In this document: positions 62,968-64,000 of the stretch, piece after piece | How the letters are laid out: every line of letters starts with the position of its first letter | Numbering within the stretch: the stretch's first letter is position 1 | Assembly: GCA_025558095.1 (NCBI GenBank) | Contig: JAIVFI010000004.1 | Coordinates: 310,001-374,000 of the forward strand | DNA from: Hyaloraphidium curvatum SAG 235-1 | Taxonomy: Eukaryota > Fungi > Monoblepharomycota | Direction: 5' to 3' | Length of the DNA stretch: 64,000 bases | Program-made: the position numbers and the translations under genes | The notes under the pieces: model-generated | Database searches by the model: none | Told to the model about the DNA's origin: nothing | What the model saw: the letters and a program-made list of their open reading frames with translations, nothing else

Positions 62968-64000
62968 ATGGAGCCCCAGCATGCTTCCAGCGCGCTGGAC
63001 GTGTCCCACCTCGTTTCGCTCGTTGGAAAGTTCGGAACCTATGCCTCGGCGGCCCAGCTCGGATCTGGGCGAGGCCTGCGCTGGATTGCCTACGTCAGAA
63101 AGTCGCTGGACGACGGGAGCGACAATCTGTCGCTCGTGGATCAGATCGGGATCATCCGGGACTGGGCAACCGCGCGCGGGGACATTGTCGTCGCGGTGCA
63201 CGAAGAACTGGCCAGCGGGGCACTGCCCAAGGGGCCTGGGGCGTTCGAACGGAAGGAATTGCATGCTGCATTCGTCTCCTTGCTCGCCTCGAACGACTAC
63301 GCCGGCCTGGTCGTCGTCCGGCTGGACCGGTTGTCTCGCGACATGGTTGCGACCCACAGCTACATTCAGGAGCTCACCCAGGCCCGAAAATCCTTCGTTT
63401 GCGTCAACCAGCCCGAGCTGACCTTCTTCTGGAGCGGCTCGGCGCCGTCGGCTACTTCGTGGCTGTCACTCGCAATGAACTCGCTCATGGCACAGTTTGA
63501 GCGCGAACAGGCGAGCTTTCCCCGTCTTTTGAAGGCGTAGCACCTCTAATCATTGTTCATTTTAGGTTCGCGAACGGACCAAGACATCCGTTGCTCAGCG
63601 AGTGCGCCGCGGCATCGGTGTCTCGCTCCACTCCCCGTTCGGGACGCAGTTCGAGGCGACCATGCCTGACGGCACGCGACGCCTTTCGTTCAGCTCCAGT
63701 GACCTCGTCGGACGCGCCCGTTCGAACGGGAAAGCTTCACCGTTGAATATCGTGGACCATCCGGCTGAGAGAGAGCAGTTCCTCTTGCTTGCCGCCTTCC
63801 ACCTGTCAGCTCTTCGGAAAGGCCAGAAACGGGAGCCGCGGGAGTACGCGGATCTGCTTTCCAAGCACTCCGTGAACGTCAATCATCGGAACCCAGGAAA
63901 GCTGAGAACCAACGGGAACTTGGTCAAGGCGACGATCAAGTCGATCAAGTTCTTCTCCTCCAGGGACGGCGGTAGCTTCGAAGCGGCGGTTGCGGAGCAA
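62968..64000 (+). CDS. Serine recombinase (resolvase/invertase catalytic domain plus C-terminal extension); predicted GC-AG intron 63511-63565; 3'-truncated by window
   Basis: IAYVRKS (catalytic Ser), SLVDQ, EELASG..ERKEL, LVVVRLDRLSR. Splicing restores helix E AQFEREQ|VRERTK; exon 2 is open to 64000. Confidence 0.9.

Noticed and set aside
62968-64000. IS607 TnpA / Fanzor2 element
   Set aside because: No N-terminal MerR-like HTH, a long C-terminal extension, and no TnpB/Fanzor ORF in the window. A downstream one cannot be excluded.
47400-64000. Starship element or endogenous giant virus
   Set aside because: No DUF3435 tyrosine recombinase, capsid, packaging ATPase or viral polymerase is recognisable, and the genes carry host-type introns.

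Overview
This is compact, GC-rich eukaryotic DNA with many ~50-65 nt spliceosomal introns and very short intergenic gaps. Fungal-type genes (Spt7, Zn2Cys6 factor, PFK with N-terminal Pfk_N domain, Ssh4/Ear1-type adaptor, Yae1) occur alongside genes typical of zoosporic lineages or animals (kinesin-2, vinculin, DALRD3-like, cereblon CULT domain). I infer an early-diverging chytrid/monoblepharid-like fungus. Bases 1-47373 hold about 25 mostly housekeeping genes. They include two bacterial-looking enzymes (an intronless DegT/RifK-type aminotransferase and an intron-containing glycerol-1-phosphate dehydrogenase family gene) and a U17/snR30 snoRNA in RPS27 intron 3. From ~47400 to the end, housekeeping genes vanish and an accessory island begins. 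It holds two RING/TRAF zinc-finger genes flanking a head-to-head pair (large AAA+ ATPase and an 812-aa coiled-coil hairpin with a hydrophobic tip), a diverged copy of a neighbouring gene fragment, a DDE (DxxH-type) transposase-like gene and two repeat arrays. It ends with the top finding: a serine recombinase with an intact catalytic motif, split by a predicted GC-AG intron and continuing past the window edge in a large-serine-recombinase-like domain. All exon models and family calls were made by eye from motifs; no searches were run.
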